The notes under the pieces were generated by a model. It ran no database searches. It was not told where the DNA came from and worked only from the letters and a program-made list of their open reading frames with translations. Of a stretch of DNA of 44,130 nt, positions 1 to 9,004 are shown piece after piece. Source of the DNA: a phage; sequence record QB031380.1, one strand, 5' to 3'. Both the position numbers and the translations under genes were made by a program. Every line of letters begins with the position of its first letter. The first letter of the stretch is position 1.

Positions 1-1
1 C

Positions 2-187
2 GACGAGATCAAACAGTATGCCGCGATTATCGCAGGCGGTGATGACGACGATGCGAACGACGAATTCGACGACCTGCTGGAATCGTTCGAGATCAAATCA
101 ATCGCTAAACTGGAAGACGACGACGTTGAAGACTTCCACAAAGATCTGAAAGAAATCGTAGAAACGTACTTCGAACTGGAAGACTAA
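2..187 (+). CDS. C-terminal part of an acidic Asp/Glu/Lys-rich protein; probably the same gene as the N-terminal fragment at 43805..44130 if the sequence is circular
   Basis: Open frame 2 from the window start to TAA at 185-187; in frame with the ORF running off the window end; followed by a terminator. Confidence 0.5.
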   Translation, partial: DEIKQYAAIIAGGDDDDANDEFDDLLESFEIKSIAKLEDDDVEDFHKDLKEIVETYFELED

Positions 188-193
188 TATTAT

Positions 194-222
194 CCGGCCC
201 GCAGATTAGCGGGCCTCTTTTT
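194..222 (+). terminator. Rho-independent terminator
   Basis: GGCCCGC-agatta-GCGGGCC hairpin followed by a T-run. Confidence 0.6.
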
Positions 223-235
223 AGAGGACGAGACA

Positions 236-487
236 ATGGCACGCTTCACGCTAATCGAGGCGGTGGATTCCCGCGACCAGCGCCCGTACTATTGGTTATT
301 CGAACGCATCGGCAGCTTTCAATCGCGCGTTGCCGTAATTGATAAACGCCGCAACACCCCCGCGCAAATTAAGCGCACCACCTTTACTAACCCCGACTTT
401 TATATTTGGGCGGATTCCAATCTGGAATATGTTCGCTTCGCAGTTGCATCCGAAGCAAAAACAATTGACCGCTGGGAGACAAAATAA
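236..487 (+). CDS. hypothetical protein
   Basis: 83 aa ORF with ATG start and GAGG-type RBS; first gene after the terminator. Confidence 0.5.
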   Translation: MARFTLIEAVDSRDQRPYYWLFERIGSFQSRVAVIDKRRNTPAQIKRTTFTNPDFYIWADSNLEYVRFAVASEAKTIDRWETK

Positions 488-675
488 ATGGCTATATTCT
501 TTGTTTTATTTCGTTGCCGTATTACCGGCGACGAGCAACCGGAAATTGTTATGAATCAAAACTGGAATTGCTGCTGGATGCAAGCCAGAGGACTGGCGGC
601 TACCATGAACAATGCCGCTAAGCGGGCCAATGTTGAACATGATTATTACATTGCTCAGTTTACACGGGTGGAATA

Positions 676-2106
676 ATGGCGATTAAACCAAAACGTAAAA
701 CGCAATCCGGTAGTAATACGGAACACTCATTACTTGGCCCATCCGGCGCTAAAAAATGGATGGGGTGTCCCGCCGCCCTGGTGGTAGAAAAAGATATCCC
801 GAACGTATCCGGGCAAGCGGCGATTAACGGTACGAGTATGCACACCGTATCGGAGGTGGTGCTAAACCGCATTATCGCCGGTGAGAAGAAAATAACCGCC
901 AAGACGTATAAAGGGTGCTACGTCGAGAACGAAGGCAAGGGTCCGGTAAAGGCCCACCCGAAAGCACCGAAAGGCGGCGTACTGGTCAACGACGATATGG
1001 TGAAACAGTGCGATGCATACATCGACCACTGGCGACCGCTCCTCGAAGTGGCGGAGTTTGTTCAGCTTGAGATGCGCGCCGATCTGACCCGCGTCCTTCA
1101 TTCAGGATTCGAGATCGACGGCAACAGGATTAAAACGTTCGGTACTGCCGATATGGTCATGGTCATGAAAAAGACCGACGGAACGTACATGCTGATTGTT
1201 GGCGACCTGAAGACCGGGCGGCATAAGGTCGAGGCGAAAGAAAACAAACAGCTTATGTTGTACGCGCTCGGACTGCTGCGCAAGCTGCAAACTATGTACG
1301 ACATTACGACCGTTCGCCTGGTTATCTTCCAGCCGTATTGCGGCGGGGCGTCGGAGTGGGATATTTCGGTAGAAGCGCTGGAGATATTCGCGAAGTTTGC
1401 ATCCAAGCGCGCTATTGCCGCACTGGAGGCGTATTCCCGAGGCAAGAAGGGACTAACCCGCGCCGACTTCCGGCCCAGCGTCGATGCGTGCCAGTGGTGC
1501 CGATTTGCGGATCAGTGTAGTGCCCGAGCTAAGGCCGCAATCGACACGATGACCCCACCGACGGCAACCGACGAAGACCTGGGCGACGACGTGAGTATTG
1601 CGACAGAGGAAGAATGCGCTAACCATGCCCGCAATATGGCCCGCGAAGCCCGGAAGGCGGCACGACGTGCGAAGCGTGGTAAGAAAGAAGCGGCCCCCGG
1701 CGCTATGAGCGCGGCGGAACTGCGCAAGGCGTATGAAGGTCTGGACGCAATGCGCCAGCACATCAAAGCTATCGAGTCCGCGGTATTCAAAGCGGTCATG
1801 GCGGGCGATGGCGAATCGTTGGGCCTTAAGATGGTTGCCGGTAAGGAAGGGATCCGTAAGTGGGCGGACGAGAGCGAAGTGATTGAAATCTTCACGAAGG
1901 CCCGGATTAAGCGCGATGTGATGTATAAAGAAACATTGCTCAGCCCGACCGATGCCGAGAAGGTGCTGAAGGACGAAAAACCGAAAGTGTGGGCGAAGCT
2001 GTGTGCTAAAATCACGCGCGCACCCGCTAAACCGGTGTTAGCACCAATCGACGACCCGCGCCCTGCGTGGTCGGAGGCCACTGACGAGGACTTAAGCAAT
2101 GAATAA
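676..2106 (+). CDS. PD-(D/E)XK nuclease, DUF2800-like (Cas4-like Cys cluster)
   Basis: 476 aa; C-terminal CQWCRFADQC cysteine motif; sits immediately upstream of a DUF2815-like gene and PolA. Confidence 0.65.
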   Translation: MAIKPKRKTQSGSNTEHSLLGPSGAKKWMGCPAALVVEKDIPNVSGQAAINGTSMHTVSEVVLNRIIAGEKKITAKTYKGCYVENEGKGPVKAHPKAPKGGVLVNDDMVKQCDAYIDHWRPLLEVAEFVQLEMRADLTRVLHSGFEIDGNRIKTFGTADMVMVMKKTDGTYMLIVGDLKTGRHKVEAKENKQLMLYALGLLRKLQTMYDITTVRLVIFQPYCGGASEWDISVEALEIFAKFASKRAIAALEAYSRGKKGLTRADFRPSVDACQWCRFADQCSARAKAAIDTMTPPTATDEDLGDDVSIATEEECANHARNMAREARKAARRAKRGKKEAAPGAMSAAELRKAYEGLDAMRQHIKAIESAVFKAVMAGDGESLGLKMVAGKEGIRKWADESEVIEIFTKARIKRDVMYKETLLSPTDAEKVLKDEKPKVWAKLCAKITRAPAKPVLAPIDDPRPAWSEATDEDLSNE

Positions 2107-2341
2107 AGTATTTGCGATCTTATTGATGTTTTTGCTCGGCGCGCTGGGCTTTATCCTGCATTGCGTGCAAGGCGTGTTAATGGTTGCGTGGATGATTCGC
2201 CATCCGACCCGCTGGCTGGATGACGGCTACAGCACCATCGCCGTGGCGTGGATTGCGAGACATGGCGACCGACCGCCGTTAAGCTGGATCGAGAACGCAA
2301 CCAACTACGTGACCAGAAATCTTTTTAATGAAAGTGCTTGA
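2099..2341 (+). CDS. small membrane protein
   Basis: 80 aa; hydrophobic N-terminus (AILLMFLLGALGFIL); ATG overlaps the upstream stop (ATGA). Confidence 0.45.
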   Translation: MNKVFAILLMFLLGALGFILHCVQGVLMVAWMIRHPTRWLDDGYSTIAVAWIARHGDRPPLSWIENATNYVTRNLFNESA

Positions 2342-2366
2342 CCGCTTAGGCGCAACCAAGTAGATT
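2338..2366 (+). promoter_or_regulatory. sigma70-like promoter TTGACC-N17-TAGATT with GCAACCAAG elements
   Basis: -35/-10 hexamers with 17 bp spacing; GCAACCAAG occurs in the spacer and again just after the -10. Confidence 0.4.
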
Positions 2367-2431
2367 AGCAACCAAGCCGAACGGGGTGGCTCACAATAAC
2401 CCCGATACATGTGAAAATGAGGAATTGGAAA

Positions 2432-3211
2432 ATGGCTAAAGTCAACCTGAAAAATGTGCGCGTATGTTTCCTTAAAATTTGGGAACGCGATACCCCTAAA
2501 CAGGATGGTCAAAAACCGGCATACCGTGCCGTGATTCTTCTGGATAAAGAAGATCCGCAGGTGGACAAAGTGGAAGCGGCAGCGCGCGCAGTGCTCACCG
2601 ACAAGCTGAAATCCGAGAAGAATGCCGATAAGTGGATGGACCGCCACTACGCCCAGGATTCTAAGGAATGCGCTGTTCGTGACGGTGACGAGCGCGACGA
2701 AGTAACCGAAGAATTTGAAGGCATGTTGTACATCAACGCCAAATCGTTCAAGCAGCCAAACATTCAAACGTCACTCGGCGAGAAGCAGACGGAACAAGGT
2801 CTGACCGTAGAAGGCGACGAGATCGAAGGCCAGGAGATCTACTCCGGTTGTTATTGCAACGTGTCCCTGGATATTTGGGCGTGGAACAATACCAACGGTA
2901 AAGGCCTCGGTGCGGGCTTACTGGGTCTTCGCTTCCGTGATGATGGTGAATCCTTCGGTGGTGGCGGTTCTTCCTGCTCCGACGAAGACCTGGACAACGA
3001 TGACGAAGATGAAAGCCCGCGCAAGTCCAAAAAGTCAAAACGTCGTGATGACGATGACGAAGACGACAAGCCGCGCAAGTCCAAAAAGTCCAAGCGCCGC
3101 GATGACGACGATGATGACGAAGACGAGAAACCTCGTAAACGTCGTAAGCCACGCGATGACGAAGATGAGGACGACGAAGACGAAGCGCCACGTAAACGTC
3201 GCCGCCGTTAA
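2432..3211 (+). CDS. DUF2815-like ssDNA-binding protein with repetitive acidic/basic C-terminal tail
   Basis: N-terminus MAKVNLKNVRV; position between DUF2800-like gene and PolA; track ORF starts at GTG 2411, ATG 2432 has a GAGGA RBS. Confidence 0.6.
   Translation: MAKVNLKNVRVCFLKIWERDTPKQDGQKPAYRAVILLDKEDPQVDKVEAAARAVLTDKLKSEKNADKWMDRHYAQDSKECAVRDGDERDEVTEEFEGMLYINAKSFKQPNIQTSLGEKQTEQGLTVEGDEIEGQEIYSGCYCNVSLDIWAWNNTNGKGLGAGLLGLRFRDDGESFGGGGSSCSDEDLDNDDEDESPRKSKKSKRRDDDDEDDKPRKSKKSKRRDDDDDDEDEKPRKRRKPRDDEDEDDEDEAPRKRRRR
2990..3205 (+). repeat. Tandem ~60 bp coding repeats (DDDDEDD-KPRKSKKSKRR units)
   Basis: Three to four near-identical nucleotide units encoding alternating acidic and basic blocks. 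Confidence 0.7.
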
Positions 3212-3225
3212 GGGCAAAGCCCACT

Positions 3226-3255
3226 ATTCAAGCCCGCTTAATGCGGGCTTTTTAA
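3226..3255 (+). terminator. Rho-independent terminator
   Basis: AAGCCCGC-ttaat-GCGGGCTT hairpin followed by TTTTT. Confidence 0.6.
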
Positions 3256-3269
3256 TAGGACAATGAAAA

Positions 3270-3440
3270 ATGCGTATTAAAGCCAGCGAAGTAAAAGTCG
3301 GAATGCAAGTATGGTCCAAAATGCTGGGCGAGTATTTCATCGTCGCCGAGATTCGCAACAACGGCGAGGAGATAACCCTTTCCGATGGTATCTTCTCCAT
3401 GATCGGCAGCGCCGACGCCGTAGTGAGGATTAAGCAATGA
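3270..3440 (+). CDS. small hypothetical protein (56 aa) translationally coupled to the DNA polymerase gene
   Basis: ATG with AGGA RBS; stop TGA overlaps the polymerase ATG (ATGA); below the 60 aa cutoff of the ORF track. Confidence 0.35.
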   Translation: MRIKASEVKVGMQVWSKMLGEYFIVAEIRNNGEEITLSDGIFSMIGSADAVVRIKQ

Positions 3441-5728
3441 AAGACTTCGAACGCCTGTTTCTCGACACCGAGACATTTAGCGGGGTAGACCTGAAGAAAG
3501 TTGGTGCGTACGCCTACGCGGAACACCCAACTACCGAGATCATGATTTGCACATACGCCATCGACGAAGGCCGCGTGCAAACGTGGGATTGCACCGAGTC
3601 CCCCACAATGCCGCGTGAACTGCGCAAGGCGCTCCGCCGGGTATCCCGCAAGAAAGCAAAAATAGTGATGGCTAACGGCCTCCTGTTTGACCGCCTGGTT
3701 ATTCGCGAGAAGTGGGGCATTGACCTGCCAGTGTGCCAGATCGAAGATACCATGATTATGGCCTTTCGACACGCGTTGCCGGGTAGTCTCGATATGCAGT
3801 GCCAGGTGCTGGGCGTTGACGCAGATCACGCGAAGGATAAGGCTGGCAAGGCGCTGATTAAACGATTCTGTAAGCCTACCCCTAAGACCTACAAAATCCG
3901 CCGCTACACCCGCGAGACTCACCCTGAAGAATGGGCTAAATTCCTGCGCTATGCCGCGCTGGATATCATCGCGATGCGGGAAGTCTATTGGCGCATACCA
4001 GACTGGGGTAATACGCAGAAGGAAGACGAAATCCTGCTTATTGACCAGTTGATTAACGACCGCGGCTTCTATGTGGACGTTGACCTGGCGCGCGCTGCGA
4101 TCAAGGCGGTACAGGCGCATAAAGAAGAGTTGAAGGAAGAAGCCTGGGAGCGCTTCGGCGGTAAGCTGACGGGCAATGACTTCCTGCCAGCGCTGCGCGA
4201 CCTCGCTCCTGCGTTCACAATCCACAACGCGCAGAAATCCACGCTTAACGACCTGCTGGAAGATCCAGACTTCCCCGACGAAGGCAAAGTGCTTATCGAG
4301 ATGCGCCTCGGTGCGTCATCCACGGCGTCGACTAAGTACAATCCGCTCGTTAATGGCCTATCTGCCGATGGTCGCCGTCGTGGGTGTCTTCAGTATGGAG
4401 GGGCAAAGCGCACACTGCGTTGGGCCGGTAAAGGATTCCAGCCTCAAAACCTGGCACGCGGCGAGTATAGCGACGACCACGAAGGGAAGATTAAACGCCG
4501 TGAAGGCGAGAGCGATATATCCTTTTGGGTGCGGTCGCACATGCTCACCAACGGCATCAACTCCCTGTTACGCGGGACAGCGCACTGGGCATATGACATA
4601 TCGAAGCTAACGGCCTCGACCGTTCGCGGGTGCATTATTCCGGCGAAGGGCAAGAAGTTTGTCGTAGCGGACTACTCCAACGTGGAAGGGCGCGGCCTCG
4701 CCTGGATCGCTGGCGAGAAAACCGCGCTAATGGTATTTAGGGCCGGTCGCGATATTTATTGTGAGACTGCCGGTAAAATGTTCGGCCTCGACCCGGAATA
4801 CATTAAAGCCAACCGCAAAGACTTGCGCCAGATTGGTAAGGCGTGCGAATTGGGGTTGGGCTATGGAGGTGGCGTTGCCGCGTTCTTGCAGTTCGCTAAA
4901 AACCTGGGCCTCGACCTTTACGCGATGGCGGACGTCATGAAGGGCACATTCCCCGATCACATTTGGGCCGCAGCGAAACGTGGATATGAATACGCCCGCA
5001 TTAACGAAGCTAAGCGCCCGCCGAAGCCTGGCAAGAAAGACGAGCGCCCAACTTATATACTGCCGAAAAACGTATGGCTGACGTGTGATGCGATCAAACG
5101 TATGTGGCGTGAGTCGCACCCGAAGACGGTAGCATTTTGGGCCGAACTGGAAGACGCGGTGCTCTGCGCGATCCGCAATCCGGGCAAAGCGTACTGGGCT
5201 GGCGCGAACGTTCGCCCGGATGGTAAGAAAGCGCTCAAGATAGTCCGCACGAAGGCGAAGCATGACCCAACCTTCGACGAGGAGCGCGACGATCCGAACG
5301 CCGCGGGGTGGTGGTTGAAAATTGAGTTACCGTCGGGGCGCATCATGAGCTACCCCGGCATCGCGCTGTCTGTCACGACCGAGATCGACGAAGACACCGG
5401 CAAGAAGCGCACCAGCACCCGCATTAAATATCAGGGTGAGAATCCGACGACGCGCCAGTGGGGATTCCAGTACACCTACGGCGGCAAACTGACGGAAAAC
5501 ATCGTGCAGGCTCTGTGCCGCGATATCCTCGCATGGTCCATGCCAGGCGTTGAAGCTGCAGGGTATGAGATCGTACTGTCCGTACACGATGAACTGATAA
5601 CCGAAGTGCCGGATACCGACGACTACACAACCGAGGAGTTGTGCGCGCTGATGTGCGACCTGCCGGTTTGGGCTAAAGGCTTCCCGCTTGCCGCGGAAGG
5701 CGACATTATGTACAGGTACAGGAAATAA
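3437..5728 (+). CDS. DNA polymerase, family A, with N-terminal 3'-5' exonuclease domain
   Basis: 763 aa; N-terminal FLDTETF exonuclease motif; C-terminal VLSVHDELITEV (PolA motif C). Confidence 0.9.
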   Translation: MKDFERLFLDTETFSGVDLKKVGAYAYAEHPTTEIMICTYAIDEGRVQTWDCTESPTMPRELRKALRRVSRKKAKIVMANGLLFDRLVIREKWGIDLPVCQIEDTMIMAFRHALPGSLDMQCQVLGVDADHAKDKAGKALIKRFCKPTPKTYKIRRYTRETHPEEWAKFLRYAALDIIAMREVYWRIPDWGNTQKEDEILLIDQLINDRGFYVDVDLARAAIKAVQAHKEELKEEAWERFGGKLTGNDFLPALRDLAPAFTIHNAQKSTLNDLLEDPDFPDEGKVLIEMRLGASSTASTKYNPLVNGLSADGRRRGCLQYGGAKRTLRWAGKGFQPQNLARGEYSDDHEGKIKRREGESDISFWVRSHMLTNGINSLLRGTAHWAYDISKLTASTVRGCIIPAKGKKFVVADYSNVEGRGLAWIAGEKTALMVFRAGRDIYCETAGKMFGLDPEYIKANRKDLRQIGKACELGLGYGGGVAAFLQFAKNLGLDLYAMADVMKGTFPDHIWAAAKRGYEYARINEAKRPPKPGKKDERPTYILPKNVWLTCDAIKRMWRESHPKTVAFWAELEDAVLCAIRNPGKAYWAGANVRPDGKKALKIVRTKAKHDPTFDEERDDPNAAGWWLKIELPSGRIMSYPGIALSVTTEIDEDTGKKRTSTRIKYQGENPTTRQWGFQYTYGGKLTENIVQALCRDILAWSMPGVEAAGYEIVLSVHDELITEVPDTDDYTTEELCALMCDLPVWAKGFPLAAEGDIMYRYRK

Positions 5729-6006
5729 TGACACCAGAAGGCAAGATCCAAACTCACTTGATGAGACGGGTGAAAGCCGTCGGCGGATTCTGCCGCAAAG
5801 TGGCTTGGGAGGGGCGCGCAGGTGCGCCCGATCTGATTATCATCATCAACGGCAAGATAGTTTTCGTCGAAGTGAAGCGCCCAGGCGGTAAACCTAAGCC
5901 GCACCAGGTACGAGAACATGAGCGAATGGCCCGCCGCGGTGCGGACGTTCGCGTTATCGACAGCATAGCCGACTGTGATTTATTGGTTGCTGAATTGGTC
6001 GCGTAG
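5728..6006 (+). CDS. VRR-NUC domain nuclease
   Basis: 92 aa; GAPDLIII...VEVKRPGGKPKPHQ pattern typical of VRR-NUC; directly downstream of PolA. Confidence 0.7.
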   Translation: MTPEGKIQTHLMRRVKAVGGFCRKVAWEGRAGAPDLIIIINGKIVFVEVKRPGGKPKPHQVREHERMARRGADVRVIDSIADCDLLVAELVA

Positions 6007-6046
6007 CGGTATATTGTGCCGGTTAGCCATATCGAGGATTTTAGAG

Positions 6047-6220
6047 ATGATTGAAGAAAAACGTTGCAGTAATTGCGGCTGCGTTAAACCGCTATCCCAG
6101 TTCCATAAATACACCGGCAAGACTGCGCGAAGCCCGGACGGGTATCGGGCAGAGTGCAAATCGTGCCGCAATAAAAAAGAGCGCGAACGGCAGCGCCGCT
6201 ACCGCGCAGAGCAAAAATAA
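6047..6220 (+). CDS. small zinc-ribbon protein
   Basis: CSNCGC...CKSCRNKK paired Cys motifs; GAGG RBS before the internal ATG. Confidence 0.4.
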   Translation: MIEEKRCSNCGCVKPLSQFHKYTGKTARSPDGYRAECKSCRNKKERERQRRYRAEQK

Positions 6221-6225
6221 TTAAT

Positions 6226-6252
6226 ACGGCGGGCTTGTCCCGCCATTTTTGG
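6226..6252 (+). terminator. Rho-independent terminator
   Basis: GGCGGG-cttgt-CCCGCC hairpin followed by ATTTTTGG. Confidence 0.55.
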
Positions 6253-6263
6253 GAGACATGACG

Positions 6264-6482
6264 ATGAAAGAACATTACCGACTCACCAAGCTGGGCGAAT
6301 GCAAACCAGGCGATCGCGTATGGTTTATCGCGGGCATGAATTACCCGCTGCCGTTAACGGTGTGCTGGCAAAAATTTAAGAGCTTCCGGGCGACCGGCGT
6401 GCACATCGGACACGCCACCAACTACGACGCCACAAAAAGGAACTGGAACAGTGAAACCGAAGTCTGGAAAAAGGCGGAATGA
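6264..6482 (+). CDS. hypothetical protein
   Basis: ORF with GGGAGA RBS about 7 nt upstream of ATG 6264. Confidence 0.4.
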   Translation: MKEHYRLTKLGECKPGDRVWFIAGMNYPLPLTVCWQKFKSFRATGVHIGHATNYDATKRNWNSETEVWKKAE

Positions 6483-7911
6483 AGATATGGCACGATTCCG
6501 ACGTCGCGAATATCAGAAGTTGATAACCGCGTTCATCCTCAAGCATAAGCGATGCAATATATGGGCAACAATGGGGTCGGGTAAAACCGGCGCGACCATG
6601 TGGGCGCTGAATAAAATGTTCCAGACCGGCATCCTGTCCCACCAGGATGACCGCGTGCTGGTGCTGGCCCCGCTGCGCGTTGCGTCCGGTACATGGCCCC
6701 CGGAGCAGGAAAAATGGCGCTTCCCCGCCTTGCTGGTAGTAGACGGCACCGGACCCGAGAAGGACCGCATCGCTGCGCTTGAGAGCGGCGCTAACGTGGT
6801 TTGTGTTAACTATGATGTGGTTGAGTGGCTCGTCGAGTATTGCGGCGACGAGTGGCCCTTTACGGTCGTTGTTGCCGATGAATCCACTAAGCTGAAAGGC
6901 TATAGAAGCAAGCAGGGGAGTAAGCGCGCCCGTGCGCTGGCGGCGATCGCACATAAGCACGTCAAGCGCTGGATTAACCTGACCGGCACACCCGCACCAA
7001 ACGGGCTGAAAGACCTATGGGGTCAGACGTGGTTTGTCGACGGGGGCGAACGCCTCGGCAGTAGCTATAAGGCATTCACGGATCGCTGGTTTATTAGCAA
7101 GCCTGTTAAGCCTGGCAGCTTCACTATGCAGCACGCCCCGCTTAAGAACTCCGAGAAAGAAATACAACAACGCCTGTCCGACGTGTCGCTCACAGTTGAT
7201 GCGGCTGAATACTTCGGATGTGACAAGCCAATCTATACGCCGGTTGTTGTGGACCTGCCGAAGAAAGCCCGCAAGATTTATGACCAGTTCGAAGCGGAGC
7301 TATTTGCCGAACTGGAAAGCGGAACTGTGGAGGCGGCGAACGCTGCGTCGAAGACTATTAAGTGCCTTCAGCTTGCTTCCGGGGCCGTGTATAAAGTCGA
7401 CGAAGACGGAGAGCGCACCGACGAATGGGTGAAAATTCACGACGCTAAACTGGACGCGCTGGAAAGTATCGTGGAGGAGTTGAACGGCGCACCGTTGCTC
7501 GTCGCGTACCAGTACAAGCATGACCTGGCGCGTCTTAAGAAGAAATTCCCGCACGGCGTCGCGATGGGTAAGGGAAAGCAAGGCAATAAGGATATGGAAG
7601 CGTGGAACAGGGGTGAGATCCCCATCATGTTCGCACACCCGGCATCGGCGGGTCACGGCCTTAACTTGCAGGATGGCGGACACCACCTTGCCATCTTCTC
7701 AGACACCTGGAACTATGAGCACTTTGCGCAGATCGTGGAGCGTATCGGGCCAGTTCGCCAGATGCAAGCCGGACACCCTCGCCCGGTATTCGTCTACATT
7801 ATCCAGGCGCGCGGCACACTTGATGAACTGGTCGCAGAGCGCCGCGACAGTAAGCGAGATATTCAGGACGATTTAATGGAATACATGAAAGCTAAAAAGG
7901 CGCGCAAATGA
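6451..7911 (+). CDS. SNF2/DEAD-like superfamily 2 helicase
   Basis: Walker A MGSGKTG, DExx-like VVVADESTKL; start may be the internal ATG at 6487. Confidence 0.8.
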   Translation: MKPKSGKRRNEDMARFRRREYQKLITAFILKHKRCNIWATMGSGKTGATMWALNKMFQTGILSHQDDRVLVLAPLRVASGTWPPEQEKWRFPALLVVDGTGPEKDRIAALESGANVVCVNYDVVEWLVEYCGDEWPFTVVVADESTKLKGYRSKQGSKRARALAAIAHKHVKRWINLTGTPAPNGLKDLWGQTWFVDGGERLGSSYKAFTDRWFISKPVKPGSFTMQHAPLKNSEKEIQQRLSDVSLTVDAAEYFGCDKPIYTPVVVDLPKKARKIYDQFEAELFAELESGTVEAANAASKTIKCLQLASGAVYKVDEDGERTDEWVKIHDAKLDALESIVEELNGAPLLVAYQYKHDLARLKKKFPHGVAMGKGKQGNKDMEAWNRGEIPIMFAHPASAGHGLNLQDGGHHLAIFSDTWNYEHFAQIVERIGPVRQMQAGHPRPVFVYIIQARGTLDELVAERRDSKRDIQDDLMEYMKAKKARK

Positions 7912-8603
7912 TTATCTGGTCATTATTTGACGGCAGCGGCTTGATGATTGAGCGTGCTGCCGAGATGGGGCATAAGTGTTATTGCTTCAACTACTCCGAA
8001 GCCGATCACGGGTCTTACCTGGACTACCGGATCTATGGTCGCGGCATTCGATATCGTAATGAGTTTATCGATCTGGACTTCGTGGACCGCGCGATGAATG
8101 GCGATTTCGGTACGCCGGATATCATTTATGCATTCCCGCCGTGTACGGATCTGGCGGTTAGCTGTGCGCCAGCGTTCCCGCGCAAACGCGCCCGCGACCC
8201 GGCCTTCCAGCTTAAGGCGGTGCGCACCGCGAAGATCGCTGCTTACCTGGGTGATTTCTTCGAAGTGCCGTATATGATTGAGAATCCGCGCAGCGTGCTA
8301 TCAACTCAATGGCGTAAGCCGGACCACTCGTTTGACCCGTGGGAGTATGGCGGATATCTGCCGGAGGATGACGTACACCCGCTCTTCCCGGAATACATCA
8401 ACGCCCGCGATTCATATCCGAAGCTGACCTGCTTATGGACCGGCAACGGCTTCCGTATGCCAGAGAAGAAACCTGTTTTCGTTGAAAAAGGGTACTCGAA
8501 GCAGTATAGTCGCCTCGGAGGCAAATCTGCCCGCACCAAATTAATCAGGTCGCTCACCCCGCGCGGCTTCGCGATAGCGGTTAACGAGGAAAATTTAAAA
8601 TGA
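7908..8603 (+). CDS. DNA (cytosine-5)-methyltransferase-like protein (compact)
   Basis: Motifs resembling C5-MTase I (LFDGSG), IV (FPPC), VI (IENP) and X-like (GFAIAVNE); only 231 aa. Confidence 0.45.
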   Translation: MIIWSLFDGSGLMIERAAEMGHKCYCFNYSEADHGSYLDYRIYGRGIRYRNEFIDLDFVDRAMNGDFGTPDIIYAFPPCTDLAVSCAPAFPRKRARDPAFQLKAVRTAKIAAYLGDFFEVPYMIENPRSVLSTQWRKPDHSFDPWEYGGYLPEDDVHPLFPEYINARDSYPKLTCLWTGNGFRMPEKKPVFVEKGYSKQYSRLGGKSARTKLIRSLTPRGFAIAVNEENLK

Positions 8604-8923
8604 ATACTGCATTCGACGCCATCGACTTTTCAGTGGCAATGACCAATCAGCTTTTTTCCTACGACAGCAAGACCGGCGTCATCCGTCTGAAGTCCACCGG
8701 CTGCAAGATTGGCAACCTTAACACTGCCGATGGTGGCACGCGCATCGAGTGCAACGGCAAGACGCTATCTGGCGCGCGCGTAGCGTGGATTATCGCAACA
8801 GGCAATACAATCCCTCCAGGCTTTGCCGTTGTGTGTCGCCAGCGCACACCAGGCCATTACGGCAACCGAATCAGCAATCTGTATTTGGTAGACGTTGCAC
8901 GCGACCCTAACTTTTATGCGTAA
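8600..8923 (+). CDS. hypothetical protein (weak HNH-like features)
   Basis: 107 aa ORF overlapping the upstream stop; no clear catalytic motif. Confidence 0.35.
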   Translation: MNTAFDAIDFSVAMTNQLFSYDSKTGVIRLKSTGCKIGNLNTADGGTRIECNGKTLSGARVAWIIATGNTIPPGFAVVCRQRTPGHYGNRISNLYLVDVARDPNFYA

Positions 8924-8928
8924 ATTGG

Positions 8929-8957
8929 TTGCATAATCATATTGGTTGCATTATATT
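8929..8957 (+). promoter_or_regulatory. sigma70-like promoter TTGCAT-N17-TATATT embedded in two ATTGGTTGCAT copies
   Basis: Hexamers and spacing read directly; motif copies at about 8924-8934 and 8941-8951. Confidence 0.45.
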
Positions 8958-9004
8958 GAGGGTGTCCGGTTTGGACGCCCTTTTTAATACCCGGAGACAA
9001 CACG

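Noticed and set aside
1512-2099. Minus-strand ORF of 195 aa antisense to the DUF2800-like nuclease gene
   Set aside because: Fully contained within a well-supported plus-strand gene; Ser/Ala/Arg-rich low-complexity translation typical of an antisense frame.
2748-3224. Minus-strand ORFs antisense to the repetitive tail of the DUF2815-like gene
   Set aside because: Artefacts of the tandem repeat (His/Arg-rich repeats); the sense frame has the conserved N-terminal domain.
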